Assembly: GCF_009834535.1 (NCBI RefSeq)
Contig: NC_045696.1
Coordinates: forward strand, 77,874,001-77,938,000
Source of the DNA: Camelus ferus
Taxonomy: Eukaryota
DNA length: 64,000 nt
Reading direction: 5' to 3'
Shown: positions 25,935-40,074 of the stretch, one piece after another
Layout of the letters: each line of letters starts with the position of its first letter
Numbering within the stretch: position 1 is the stretch's first letter
Notes under the pieces: model-generated
Told to the model about the DNA's origin: nothing
Seen by the model: only the letters and a program-made list of their open reading frames with translations
Database searches by the model: none
Position numbers and translations under genes: made by a program

Positions 25935-28900
25935 ATTTTTTAAATTATGAAATGTTCTTCATATATAAAATAAAAAATACATACAATGATGACCCACATC
26001 TAGTTTTAACATGTCATCTTACTATATTTCCTTCATCAGTACCCTTTTCCAATAACCAAATAAATGCAATCTTACAGATTTGATTCTTACTCTGAGGCTA
26101 AAGTTAACCATTTCAAGTATTTTGTCATATAGATACATAGATTGATAGCTGGGTGGGTAGGTAGATAATTAGGTAGAGATACTCACAGGTAGACATAGGT
26201 ATAGGCATAGCCATAAATATATTCTATTCTTTTTATTTTAATTGAGGTGTAGTCAGTATACAACATTATACAAGTTTTGGTGTACAACATAGTGATTCAA
26301 CACTTTTAAATATTATATTCCATTTATAGCTATTATAAAATATTGATTATATTCCATGTGTTGTACAAGGTATCCTTGTAGCTTTTTTATTTTAAACATA
26401 GAACTGTACCTCTTAACCCCCCTCTATCTCGTCTCTTCCCCCATCCCTCTCCTCACTGGTAACCACTAGTTTATTCTCTATCTGCGAATCTGTTTCTTTT
26501 TTGTTATATTCATTAGTTTTATTTTTTAGATTCCATATATAAGTGATATCACACAGTATATATTGATCTCTGACTTATTTTATAGGCTTTGACATTTTGC
26601 ATAAATTATAATACTTTTTTTCAATCAGCATTATATTTTTCACACTGACTGTACATTGACAGTAAATGGAGATCTAGATCATTCATTTTAACTACTAAAC
26701 AGCATTTGGTTGTAGGATCAATCCCAGTTTATTTCCCAGTTCTATTACTGAGAATTAGTGAGATTGTTTCCACATTTTCAACATTACAGTGAGATAAAGA
26801 ACATTTTGAATTTTTGTGCACATGTGTCACACTTCCTTTAAATAGATGACTAGAAGTAGGATTTGTGGGTTATAATATATGTGTACCATCAACTTTATTA
26901 GGTATGAGAAATTGCTCCTCGGACTTTTTAAATTTTGAAAATCTCATGGGTATAAGAATCTCATTATTGTTTTAATTTGCATTTCCATGATTACTAATAA
27001 AGTTCAGTAAATTTTCATATATATATTCATAATTCAAGTTTCTTACTCATATTCTTTGACCATTTACTTTTGAATTGTTTATCATTTGGGTTATTTTTGC
27101 GGGAGTTCTTTATTCTGAACGTTATCCCCTTATTAATATGTATTACAAATACTTTTCAGTCTGTGGTTTATATTTTCCTGGTATTTATTATGTTTTAAAA
27201 TATTAATATGAACAAATTCACCAATATTTACTTTGAGGATTTGGGGACACTTCTATGTTTGTTTTATTTAGTTTCTCTTAGGAAACACTTCCTTATTCTC
27301 ATGTCATGAAAATGTTCTTCAAGTATTTTAAAGATGGATTTTCAAATTTGTGTCTTTAATCCAGTCAGAATATGTTATCAAGTAGGCATTCAATTTTACC
27401 TGTCTTATGGCTAGCCAACGGTTCTCACATAATTCTCTTTTTTCCCTCCATGAAGTATTAATAAAGCTGCTGTCATATAACGAGTTCTAATTTATACATG
27501 GATTTCTTTTTAACCGTACTACTGCATTTCATTTTAATGAATGCATCTTGTTTTAATTAATATAACTTTATCATAACTGAAATAGTGGGTGCTCTACACC
27601 ACCATCACCATCATCTCATATAATTATTATTTAAATCGGGGGTATTTCCAGATGATTTTCATATAAACTTTTATATTAACCGTCATGTATCACGAAGAGA
27701 CGTTTCAGGATGTCATTAGGATCGATTAGGACTACATTAATGTATCCATTTCAGAAAATTATACTACTTTTATCTATGAATATGGCATGACTCTCATTTT
27801 AGTTGATTTTACGTCTAAAACACAAAGTTTTATATTTTTTCATAAAATTTTTGTACAACTATTATTAAGTTTATTTTTTGGTTTTCCTGCTATGTTAGCA
27901 AAATATAGAATTTATAATTATTTTATTGTGTGTAAGCATGCTATTTAATTTTATATATTAAGTGTTATAACAAGTTTTCTTGTTAATCTCCAACAGGTTC
28001 TAATGGTTAATCTATAGGTTTTTATTTTTGTTAATTTTTATTGTAGATACTTAGCAATAAAAGATGGTTTTATTTATTTCTTTCAAAACTTTATAGTTTT
28101 TACTTACTGCTCCTAGCATTTTGTGTAGGACTGCTAGCATCCTGCAGAATGGAGGCAGTAAAAGCAGCATTCCTTGGTCCTTGCTTTGTATTCTTCACTT
28201 AAAAAAATGTTTCTAAAACTGTTACTATTTTTTTTTAAAAAGATGTTTGCTATAGGTTCCTAGGAAATTTCCTTCTTAAGAAAGATCACTTCTGTTCTTC
28301 CTTTGTTAAGAACTTTAAGCATAAACAGATGTTGAATCATCTTTTGAGGTAACTGTAGGACTTTTTACTTTACAATGTTTAAAAAAAGCATCTATACTTG
28401 GAATAAGCCTTCTTGGTCATGATACATTTTCTATATTTGGTTACTAATAAATTATTATTAGGATATTTGCATATATATTTACAAGTGCTTTAATGATGAT
28501 TTTCTTCTCATTTGTTCTTGTCTGATTTTGATACCAACCTCTCAAATGTTTAGGGATCTTTGTTTCTTTTCCTTGATATTGTAAGAGTTTATGTAGCACA
28601 GACATGATCCATTTTTACTAAGGAGAGTTAGGATTCATACATAAAACTATTTGGGCCTGATTTTTTTTGTGTGTATAGGGGAAAATGGGTCCATTTTCAT
28701 TTAATGCATATTTTCATTTTATGTCACTTAATATTTTTAAACAATTATTATTAACAGTTATAAGTAAATTCATATTTTTACATGTTTATTTCTTCTAAAC
28801 TTACATTTGCATTTAGTTGTTCATTCTATTCTTATGCTTCAAAAAAATCACGGTCATTTATCTATAATTTTCATCCTTTCTCTTCCTAACATTAAATTAC

Positions 28901-28960
28901 TCATGTCTCTTTTTTTCCCTTTATCAGTTTTATTAGAGTTTAACTAATTTACTAGAATTA
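25935..28960 (-). mobile_element. Highly degraded old L1 (L1ME-like) remnants
   Basis: Scattered antisense L1 motifs (atctcattattgttttaatttgcatttccatgattactaat; cagcattccttggtccttg; agatgtttgctataggtt) in T-rich sequence. Confidence 0.65.
26229..26580 (-). mobile_element. Younger L1 3' end nested in the old L1
   Basis: ttttattttaattgaggtgtagtc...tgtacaacatagtgattcaa...ggtaaccactagtttattctc...gattccatatataagtgatatc. Confidence 0.82.
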
Positions 28961-28979
28961 AAAAAAAAAAAGTTTTACA

Positions 28980-30154
28980 TTATCTCACATACATTTCAGC
29001 AATGTTTTCCTAGGGCAGTCTAGCCAAGCAACAGAAATAAAAGCAAAAATAAACAAATGGGACGTAATGAAACTTACAAGATATTGCACAGCAAAGGAAA
29101 CCATAAGCAAAACAAAACGACAGCCTATGGAATGGGAGAAAATATTTGCAAAAGATGAAACTGACAAGGGCTTGATTTCCAGAATATATAAACAGCTCAT
29201 ATGACTTTATATGAATAAAAACAACCAACCCAATCCAAAAATGGGCAGAAGACCTAAACAAGTAATTCTCTGATGTAGACATACAAATGATCAACAGGCA
29301 CAAGAAAAAATGCTCAATATCACTAATTATCAGAGAAATGTAAATCAAAACTACAATGAGGTATCACCTCACACCAGTCAGAATGTCCATCATTCAAAAA
29401 TCCACAAATGACAAACGCTGGAGAGGCTGTGGAGAAAAGGGAACCCTCCTACACTGGTGGTGAAAATGCAGTTTGGTGCAGCCATTGTGGAAAACGGTAC
29501 AGATTCCTCAAAAGACTAAAAATAGACTTACCATATGATCCAGCAATCCCACTCCTGGACATAGATCCAGAGGAAACCCTAATTCAAAAAGATATCAGCA
29601 CCCCAATGTTCATAGCAACAGCCAAGACATGGAAACAAACTAAATGTCCATCAACAGATGACAGGATAAAGAAGTTGTGGTATATTTATACAATGGAATA
29701 CTACTCAGTTATAAAATGATAAAATAATGCCATTTGCAGCAACATGGAAGGCCCTGGAGATCATCACACCAAGTGAAGTAAATCAGAAGGAGAAAAAAAG
29801 TAACATGTATCACTCATATATGAAATCTGAAAAAAAAAAAAAAAAAAGACAAATGAACTTATATATAAAACAGAAACAGACTCACAGACATAGAATATGA
29901 CTTGTGGTTGCCGGGGGGAGGGGGTGGGAAGGGATAAACTGGAAGTCTGAGATTTGCAGATACTGACTGGTATATATAAAATAGATAAACATTTATACTG
30001 TATAGTACAGGGAAACATATTTAATATCTTGTAGTAGCTTACAGTGAAAAAATATGAAAATGAATATATATATATATTCATGTATGACTGAAGAATTATG
30101 CTGTACACCAGAAATTGACACAATATTGTAAACTATACCTCAATTAATAAAAAT
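28980..30154 (+). mobile_element. Lineage-specific L1, 3' ~1.2 kb, 5'-truncated
   Basis: ORF 29408..29719 is an L1 ORF2 C-terminal remnant (LPYDPAIPLL...KCPSTD...EYYS). G-rich 3'UTR. TSD core AGTTTTACA at 28971-28979 and 30155-30163. Confidence 0.93.
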
Positions 30155-31859
30155 AGTTTTACAGTTTGCAGATCCTCAATTTTTTTTTTGCTTAAATAGG
30201 TTTTATACTTGTTAGTGTCATTGCTAAATTTTGCCTGAGTGAACTTTTTTTTTAACTAAATTCTTATGTAAAATGCTTCGCTCATTACCTTAGTCTTTAC
30301 ATGCGCATTTAAGGCTAGACTTTCTATGTAGCTATAGCACATTAATAGATATATGGTGTTATTATCTTACAGATTCTAACATTTTAAATTTCTATAATAA
30401 TTATTTCTATAGTACACATATTAGCTCAAAGAATTTTTAAAATATTCAAATACAAGGTGTGAGTTACTGTTTTAATGTTGATATCTAGCTTTATGGACTG
30501 AGAGCAAGTTTTATATGCTGATACTTCGACTTTAGGTGAGATTTATTTTATGATCCCATAGGACTTTTGCATCTGATATATAGAGAATAAACATTTCTAT
30601 AAATGTTCCACATAAAGAATGTGCATTCCCTATTACACAGATGCAGCATTCCATATATAGGTCCAGGTCCAGTAAATTAAGCTTGAAAACTTCGTGGCTA
30701 TAACATTATTAATTGCTCTATGTTTTCTCTGTTAATTATTGAGATAACGTTGAAGTTTTGCATAAGATGTTAATTTATCAATTTATTTTGGCAATATTGT
30801 AACACTTTTCTTTGTATATTTTTAGACTGACTGTTATGTGTATGCAAGTTTGGAATTGCTGTATCTTCCTGATTTCTATATAGATTACATAGAACGATTA
30901 TTTCTTTTATCTTCTCTATCCTGATTTTTTTTCCTGAACTCTCTTTCTTCCTGCCCCCCCGCCCCACATTAATATAATTATTTTCTTTTGCTTAGTATTT
31001 CTACAATACATATTTTCCCAGCATTGCATTTACTTTTGCCAGGCATCCCAGGGGCATCTCTGGTTTAGGGACAATTTTTATGCTATTTTTTTGGCTTGAT
31101 GTTTCTATACTACAATGGTAGTGAAAATTGTGAGCCAAGGTTTTTGATTTCTAAAGGCTTTCTGCCCCCCGCCCAGAGCTGAGGAAGAAGAAAGCTTTTC
31201 TTCACCAGTGGGTGGATTTCCAAGAAACCATGGTAAGGAATAAAAATATAAAATACAAAATATAAAACTGAAAGATATGATGAATAGGAGTTCTAGAAAG
31301 AGTATCAGAAGAAGTAGGAAAAACAAATGGAGGAGATAGAACAGCTGAAGAAGCTATTTTGATTATTATTTTTCTAGAAAAAAAGGAAAAGCATGTATAT
31401 ACTTTATATCAAAATTTAAAAGCATGAAAGATAAAGGTAAAAATTCTAAAAGTTCCCAAAGTTAAAAAGTAGATCACTTACAAAAAACAAGAATCAGATG
31501 GTACCAACTGTGTCAAAATCAACAAGATACAAAGTCATAAATTAATGTTTTTAAAGAAATAAAAAATAGCAAGAGGAAATTTGAACATAGAACAGTTTGG
31601 TAACAAGGACGTGAGAGCAATCTAGGTATCCATCATTGGAGTAATGGCTACATCAAATGTAATAAAGCTACTCTTTATTATATAGCACCTAGAAGGAATG
31701 GAGTAATGTACACTTGACAACATGGATAAATATTAACTACAGATTGCTAAATGAAAAGAAAAACATAAGAGAATAAAATACATTGCTCAATACTATTTAT
31801 TGTAAATTAAACACTCACATACTCAAAAACAGTGCATGCTTTCTTCCTCATTCCTTCCT

Positions 31860-32054
31860 TTCTCCTTGTGAATGAGGCAATCCTATGACCATGACACAGG
31901 GTTGGCCAAGGTTAGCACCTCTGACAGTGAGAGTAGATGGTGATGCCACTGTGACCCAGAACAAAGAGTTGAAGACCATGTGAGGTAAGGAAGGCATCCA
32001 AACGGGTTGGAGTGATTCAGCACAGGGTATCAGGACCCAAGCATGATGAGGGTG

Positions 32055-32112
<58 letters not shown>

Positions 32113-32320
32113 GTTTGAATATGGAGAGGAAAGCAACTGTCAGGGGGAACAGTATAATGAGAGAAGTCATTAAAGCTGACTAGGGTCATCTTCATTCAAG
32201 AGCTAAACAGCACACAGTGTTGGAGCCTGAGGAGAGTGAGAAAGTTAGCTGCACTGCACATGGGGAATAGGCAGAGTATTTGATACAGGGTGAACAGTCC
32301 ATGTGTGGCAGTGCCTCGCT
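31860..32320 (-). mobile_element. L2 fragment containing a (GT)n
   Basis: gagaagtcattaaagctgactagggtcatc...gagcctgaggagagtgagaaagttagct...acagggtgaacagtccatgtg is L2-like. Confidence 0.5.
32059..32110. repeat. (GT)26 microsatellite
   Basis: Direct read, uninterrupted. Confidence 0.97.
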
Positions 32321-32324
32321 TAAT

Positions 32325-33757
32325 TGTCAGAGCCATAATGTAGTGGGAAAGGCATTCCTGTGGAAGAAGCAATGAGAAGCAGATTTCTCACTGTCAGAGA
32401 TGGGATTTACAAACATGAAAGGAGAAAGAAACTAGGTTTTCATATGTATTAATGGTTTTTCAGATAGATATGTAGATAAATAGATATAAAATATAGATTT
32501 ATATTCATATATATGTATATTAATAATATTTACGTATTTATATAAAAATATAGTCCTAAAATATTTTCCCAGCTTTATTTAATAAAAGGTCCTGAAAGAA
32601 TCAACACTCCAGTAAGTAATAAGCATGTCTAGAATCTACTATCTTTTCTAGACAGAATTCTCTACTCAAAGAAACTAAGACTCTTTGGAGAAAGGGCTAA
32701 TAACAGGGTTGGAGTGGGGAAATAATTTGGTACACCTTGCTGAGTCAAAAACCAAGGAAATACACGAATAATTTTGACGATATGCCAGAGGACACAGATC
32801 CCAGGTAGAAGCTTGCTGCCACTGGTTGACCTGGGACAATTTGAGTATCAAAATAAAAATAGGATTGGACTACAACCCATTAAATACATTAAGAATATAA
32901 ATCTAAATTATGTAATAAATTGATACTATTTATAAATAAAGAAACATACAAACAGATACAAAAAAAGAAAGTTCTTTACAGTACAATGCCAACTAATAAA
33001 AGCAGAAGGGATAATGGACTTGGAAGGTCACTGTTAGCATCATCTTGGTAATGACTATTTGGATAAGAAATATCAATAAATATTAAAATCAGTGGGTAAA
33101 GGCAGAAATGGTGGGGGCAAGATGTTTGCATGATTTCAAATGCTTACTGATTATATATAAAAAAAAAGAATAAAGAATAACTTTTTAATGAGATCTGGTG
33201 GATACCACTTTAAACAAATGATCAAAGTTAGCACTACCAGTAATGCGACAAACTAATATCAGCAATGGGAAACACAGTCTCACTTTTGTAATATTGCTGC
33301 CAAAGACTTGGAGCCTAAATATATTTATGAGAAACATCAGATAAACCCAGACTGGGGGACGTTCTAGAGATAACTGGCATGTAAGCTTTTAGGGGTGATA
33401 AAGCAATGAAAGTCAAGAAAAGAAACTGTTCCAGGTTGAAGGAAATGGGAGACCTGACAACACCCAATGCATGATCCTAGTTTAGATCTATTTGCTATTT
33501 AGGACATTACTGAGACAACTGGCAAAATTTGAATGGTGTGCATGGTAGAAATGCATCAGTGTTTAATTCCTGATTGTGATGGTTGTGCTGTCTGGGCAGA
33601 ACATCATTGTTCTGGGGGAGAATTCAGATGTGACTGTTTACCATAGCTGTAGCTTACTCTTGGGTAGTTGAGGGAAAAAAAAAAAAAAAAGAAAACTATT
33701 TGTGATATTCTTGCAACTTTTCTATAAGTTTGAATGTATTTCAAAATGAAAAAAAAA
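32325..33757 (+). mobile_element. L1MC3/4-like long 3'UTR
   Basis: aagcagatttctcactgtcagaga...atcagataaacccagactgggggacgttc...ttcttgcaacttttctataagtttgaa...aaaatgaaaaaaaa. Confidence 0.8.
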
Positions 33758-35229
33758 GTACTTCTGAAATTACAAAATCCTGGGGAACCTTTAGATATTT
33801 AGAAACCCAGTGCATGTGTGTATGTATGTGTCTGTATTGCCACTTTAAGATAACATTTCCAGCTCACATTTACCAAATGTTTTCTGTCTTTCATGTCTCA
33901 TAGTTTGAAGGCAACTTCAAATTTGACATGTGAAGTTCAAAAGATTTCAAGATGACAAAAATGTATTCTACACAGAGAACATTTGTATTCAAATAGGGAG
34001 AGGAATGTCAGAGCTGAGAGACATAAAAGCAGCTGCCTCTTTCCAGTCCTTAATTTCATCATGTGCAGAGAAAAATAACCCACTACAGAAATCACGTTTC
34101 AGAGGTAATTCTATCTTGCATTTTGGTTGCTATTATCAGGACTCAGCTGGTTCTCGGTTGTCTTCTTCCCCAGTAGGTAACAAAGCTTCACACTTTGTCT
34201 GCCTGCACTGAGTAAGCATGCCCAGTACTAGGGAAAATCCCAATCTTAGAGAGATTTGAGGACCAACAATTGCTGCTAACTCTGAGTCCCAATTACAGTA
34301 ATTAAGCTTGTGTTGGTTTCCTAGACATAGTCCTTCCTAGAGTTCCTAATTTTAACTGGATACTTGTCTCATTTTGTATACCTACATCTCTTTCTTGGCT
34401 GCCTGACTTTAGAACTTCTAGGATTGGAGCTCTGAATTATTTTTTATTTTATTTAATTTTTTTCAATTTTCTTGCACTCTAGGGACTGGAATCTGCTCTA
34501 GAATCCCAGGTTTGATGACCCATCTCTCCTAAATGTCAACAGCTTACCTGTCTAAGAGCTTCTGGAGTCTATATCATCATAATTTGTACAGCTTTCTGGG
34601 TGCTCCATTTTCCCACCTGGTATCTCACTACTGCCAAATGTTTTTCTGAACCAACACTAGTGACTGGACATCATATGTTCTAGATCAAGGGTCTCATTTT
34701 AAATATTTATCAACTGCTGTAGCATACATACGCTGATCGATCAGAATGCACTAGCAGCAAATAACTAGAACGTCCACATCGATGTATACAAACTGATTTC
34801 ACATCTGCCCCAGACACTGTGTACTTCCTGCCATATTGAATTTTCTCAGAAATTGCATTTCAGCCTAATTACTAGATCAAAATATAAGTTGTGATGGAAA
34901 TCCAGATAAGTAAAGCAATAAAACTGCTTTTCAATCTGAGGGAATGGCTGAACCTGGAGAATTTTATAATCTTGGTAGTTTCATTAGATACAAAGGTCTG
35001 AAGGAAAAGCCCTGGGCCTGTCCAAGGTGGCGAGAAGAAGATAGTTCTAAAAAAAAGAGACTCTTCCTCCATTAAGTAGGACTTCTACAGGAAGGCACTC
35101 CCCACTCTCTTCCAGGGGAAGGCAAAGAGAGTTACCCCGCATGGAGCAGAGCAGGTGAAGAGGCACCTAAGAGGCTCTAATTCTAGGGTTACTCCAAGTG
35201 CATACAAAAAGCATTTGTAATTTCTAAAC

Positions 35230-35935
35230 TCATAGAGGAAAAATACAATGACAAAGTAATCTAAAACTAAAAGAGAGATAATAAAACAAACAAACAAAAA
35301 AACATAATATGTGGTGCAAAAAAGAAACCCATATCAAGATGAAAAGTATAAGCATAAATACATTAGTAATCATGATGGATGTAATGGATTAGCTGTTCCA
35401 GTTAAAAGATGATCAGATTGTATTTAAAATACAAATTATTTGTTATGAAGATGTGTTAAAAGAGATACAGAAAGGTTGAAAGCAAAAAAAAAAAAAAGAT
35501 AAAGCATATAGACATAACCTAATGTGGCTAAATTAATATCAGGTCAAATCCAATTTAAGACATGCATTATAGATATAAAGAAGATCACTTCATCTAGTAA
35601 GTACTTCAACTAACCAAGAGGATTTGATATATTTGAATTTATAAATATCCAAGAAGTGACCTCAAAATATATAAATCAAAAATTGCTAGAACTACAAGGT
35701 AAAATAAACAAATCAGTACTCATAGTGGGAGATTTTAGCACTAAAATAAGATACAGAATATTTGACAACCTGATCAAGGTACTTGGTCTAAATGGACATG
35801 TGTAAAACTCTACACCTGACAACTATACAGTACACATTCTTTTTAAATACTCATGGGACACTAACCATATCCTGGGCTATAAAGGAAATTTGCAAGAATT
35901 GAAATCATATAGAAATAAAGTGGAAACAATATATT
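35230..35935 (+). mobile_element. Old L1 ORF2 endonuclease-region remnant
   Basis: ctcatagtgggagattttagcac (IVGDFN-like), tacacattctttttaaatactcatgggacac and ccatatcctgggctataaa (DH.LGHK-like). Many stops. Confidence 0.72.
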
Positions 35936-38279
35936 CTAATGAAAATTCTAACTTGCTCATCTCTTCCTCAGAAGAGTATCATCTCACGATGCCAGATAGC
36001 ATATAACTGCCTAAAGCATGGCAGGGAGTCAGGAGAGGCTCCTTCCAACGGGGCTAGAACCCTTCCAAGAGCTTTTTATGGAAGAGATAGGACTCTCACC
36101 GTGCTGTAAAGGATACTGGGGCTTTACAGCTTACAGGTACAAACTTCCAAGACTCATTTGGATAATACTAAGTAGAATAAGAAGGAGAAACTGTGGCTAC
36201 ATGGAGGAAAGAGCGGGATATAGAACCGGACAGGCATTAAGGAATCACTGGCAGTTTCTAGGAGAGTAAATGACAATGACCGTCCACTGAGGAAAAAAGG
36301 ATCTTCAAAATACAGAGACAGGGTATGTGGTGAGGGATTTGATCACATATATAAGCTACTACATTTAGTTGGAGCTTCTCCAATTCGGAAGGAGTGACAA
36401 GTACTTGAGATGTGACAAGAATGTAAGAATCTGTAAAAACTGCTGAGAAACATTAAAAATTAGAAAACACTTGTAATTTTGCTTAAAAGTGTGTAACTCA
36501 GATTGTCCTTAGGTCTTCAAGCAAACAAACAAAGCTCGAGACTGGATTTAAGCTGAACCATTTCCAGAAATCAAAACTGTCAAGACAGACAGCTGGAAAC
36601 TGAAGTTCTGGTGAATGACAGATCCGTGTCACCCTCCGTAAACCCAACCTGCACTCCCCAGGAAACAGAGAACTGCCTGTACTTTCTGTGGACTCTGGAC
36701 AATAGGTTTCCCACCTGCATTCACTCTGTCGAAGACTCTTGATGAACAGACTTTCAAAGTGATTTCTGAAGCTTTTTTTTCTTTTGTCCAAGGACTTCAG
36801 ACTGGCAGCTCATGAAGGCTGATCTTTAGTTCTACAGATTACTCTGTTATCAGCTTCCAGCTCAGACTCCCAGGTTCACTGTGCAACTGGCTGCCTGAAG
36901 AGCCATAAAATTGGGGTGTCACCAGGCACTGTTAGTGAATCCTAACATCGAGCTAGCATCCATCACAGGACCTATCAGTCTTTCCTACAGCTGTTGAGCT
37001 CACTGACTTTTTCTGTATAAGTGCAGCTAGCGTATCCATGTGAATGCTATACAGAAGTCTGAACAAATCACATTTTTCCTCACATTCTTCTGGATATTTT
37101 CCTCCATGTTGATGGCTAGAAGTTATTGAAGTGCACCCCATTCCTAAAGTAAGTTTTCAATTTTATTTTTTTAAACTACTGAGGAATTTTTTCTTTTATA
37201 AAATCCCTGTAAGCCACGTCGTATCATATCCATACCACTCAATTAAATACCTGATGCACACACACACACACACACACAAACATGTATGTCTCAAGACATT
37301 CTTTCACCAAAACAGCATGTGCTCCTGGGTATTTTCACACGCAGCAACAACGGGGCCACTCTGAACAGGTTGATGAGTCTCATACGTAACAAACAGTAAG
37401 GCTGGATCTGTCTGTATTAATGTTCTTGTTAATGGATATCTCCTTAAAAGCTAGTATGTATTATTTGCCAATAAATCTTAGAATAACCATAATTTGTAGA
37501 TAATATGTTCAATATAGCTTTTTATATTTCTGTTCAAGAAATGATAATAATGCATACTTTCAAGTAGCTGTTAACAGATTAGAAATATAGTTCTTCAAAA
37601 TTCATTTGAAATATGTAAAAATTATAAACATTACAGAAGATATTATATTATTCTAGTGAAAGTAATTTTCAAGAAAGAACATATAAAATTGTGAATAGGG
37701 AAATAGCAGCTATATATAGCTATGTGTATACATATACCCATTTGAAGATTTATGATCCAAGTTTTCTTACATGAAAACTTGTCATCACTAATGACATTGT
37801 TTTATACATCACAGTAAGTCACTTTTTTCTATTTATCAAAACTAATTCAAACATATTAAAATACTTTTAACATAATTTATTAATTTTTATACCCTAAATT
37901 ACATTAATGGAGTTTATACTTTATCCTCTCATTTTTAACTATATTCATAGTGTTCAACAACAAGCTCAGATTGACAGCTGAAAATTCAAATTTCCATGTA
38001 CTGATTGACTCTCAAGGACAAAGACTGACAACACACAAGATCAATGGGCAAGACCTACTTTTTAGAAAGGCCATGGAAAGTTAAATGGCATCAATATTCA
38101 ATTATCTAATTATTGCAAACAATCGGTACTTGGGCAAAAACTTTTCTCCTGTTTCTTTTTCTATTTCTCAAACAATTATCTTAGTTTTCCCAGGACTTGA
38201 CATACAAATGTCCTTTTCTCTGCTTTACTTTGCTGAGTTCATTTCATGCATCCCGTAGTTAACTCGTTTGTTTAAGTTT

Positions 38280-38840
38280 TACAGTATTAGTTGGGTTTTG
38301 TTTGCAAGTAACTGAAATTCAAACATAAGTTGACTAAAGAAAAAAAAAAGGAAATGTACTGACTCATATACATGGCTAATTCAGTAGATTTGGCTTCAGA
38401 TAGGCTTTTTTTTAGGCATCAAATGATATAGACAAGAATCAGTCGCTATCTCACACTCTCTTTCTCCACATCATTTACAGCTTTCCTTGTTTGGGCTCCG
38501 TTTTCAGGTAGTATACTCTCAAGGTCCCAAAAAGGCTACCAAAAGATCCCAGGGCCACATGCTTTCTTGTTTAGCTCTGTCGTTAAAGTTAGTTATTACT
38601 CATACATAGTCTAGAAATCTGCCTGTTTGGTCAGACTTAGATCATCCTTGAATCAAGCATCATTATTACATTTGATGTGATATGCCAATGGACTTGAGCC
38701 AATCAGGATCCACTTCTATAGCTTTAAGATATGGTCAAACCTACTCATACCATATTGCTGGGAAATGTTGGCTACAGTTCAAAAAGAGGAAGGGGCAAAT
38801 ATGCTAAGAAAGCAAACATGGCAGGGAAGGTCCACTACAC
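38280..38840 (-). mobile_element. Old MaLR LTR (MLT1J/K/L-like)
   Basis: ttttgtttgcaagtaactgaaattcaaacataagttgactaaagaaaa...ggaaatgtactgactcat is the antisense MLT1 terminus. Confidence 0.6.
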
Positions 38841-39176
38841 TGCTATTGACTTATTTCTGTGTAAGTGCATAGAAAGGGTTAAATGAGTAAGATAAATAAT
38901 TAATTTGAAAAACTACTTTTAATGCACTCCTGTCCAAACTTTTCAGTTAAGATTTTCCTACAGTAAAACTCAAGACTATACTTATAAAATTCAACAGTCA
39001 GTCATTATAGTATGTTTTAAATTATTTTTTAACCCATAAACTATAAGTGTTGCTCTTACTGTTCAAAACTATAGTGCCTCATTCTGTATCCTTTTCAGGT
39101 CCTATCCTGATACCTATCACAGTGAGCAACTAATGTACTTCTGTATTTATGAGAAAACTTGAAAGTTAATTATCCT

Positions 39177-40074
39177 TCAATATCACTAATTATCAGAGAA
39201 ATGCAAATCAAAACTACAATGAGGTATCATCTCACACCAGTCAGAACAGCCATCATTAAAATGTGCACAAACAGTAAATGCTAGAGAAGGAATGGAGAAA
39301 AGGGAACCCTCCTACACTGTTGGTGGGAATGTAATTTGGTGCAGCCACTATGGAGAGCAGTATGGAGATTCCTTAAAAAACTAAAAATAAAGTTACCAAA
39401 TGATCTAGCAATCCTACTCCTGGGCATATATCAGGAGAAAACTCCCATTCAAATGAATATATGTACCACAATGTTCATAGCAGCACTATTTACAATAGCT
39501 GAGACACAGAAGCAACCTACATGTCCACTGACAGATAACTGGATAAAGAAGATGTGGTATATTTATACAATGGACTATTACTCAGCCATAAAAAAAGAAT
39601 GAAATAATGCCCTTTGCAGCAACATGTATGGACCTGGAGATGATTATACTAAGTGAAATAAGTCAGATAGAGAAAGACAGGTATCATATGGTATCACTTA
39701 TATGTGGATTCTAAAAAATGAGACAATGAATTTGTAAACAATGAATTTGTTTACAAAACAGAAAATGACTCACAGACACAGAAAATAAACTTATGATTAC
39801 CACAGGGGAAAGTAAAAGTGGGGAGGGATAAATTAGGAGTATGGGATTAGCAGATACAAACTACTATACACAGAATAGATAAACAACAAAGTCCTACTGT
39901 GTAGCACAGGGGATGGTATTCGATACGTTGTAAAAATGGATAATGAAAAAGAATTTGAAAGGGAATATATGTGTATATGTATATACATACATATGAAAAA
40001 CTAAATCACTATGCTGTACATCAGAAAGGAACACAACACTGTAAATCAACTATACTTCAATAAAAAAAAAAAAA
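39177..40074 (+). mobile_element. Cetartiodactyl/camelid-type L1 3' ~0.9 kb
   Basis: ORF 39336..39602 is the L1 ORF2 C-terminus ([17 protein letters not shown]...WYIYTMDYYSAIKK). AATAAA plus poly(A). Imperfect TSD aaagttaattatcct / aaggttattatctt. Confidence 0.93.

Noticed and set aside
28980..30154. Active L1 / intact ORF2
   Set aside because: It is 5'-truncated, with stops and frameshifts. The same holds for all L1 copies in the window.
34541..34647. Possible cassette exon ending at a CAG|GTAAGC donor (minus strand)
   Set aside because: The acceptor lacks a pyrimidine tract and there is no homology. Isolated good donors are frequent in long introns.
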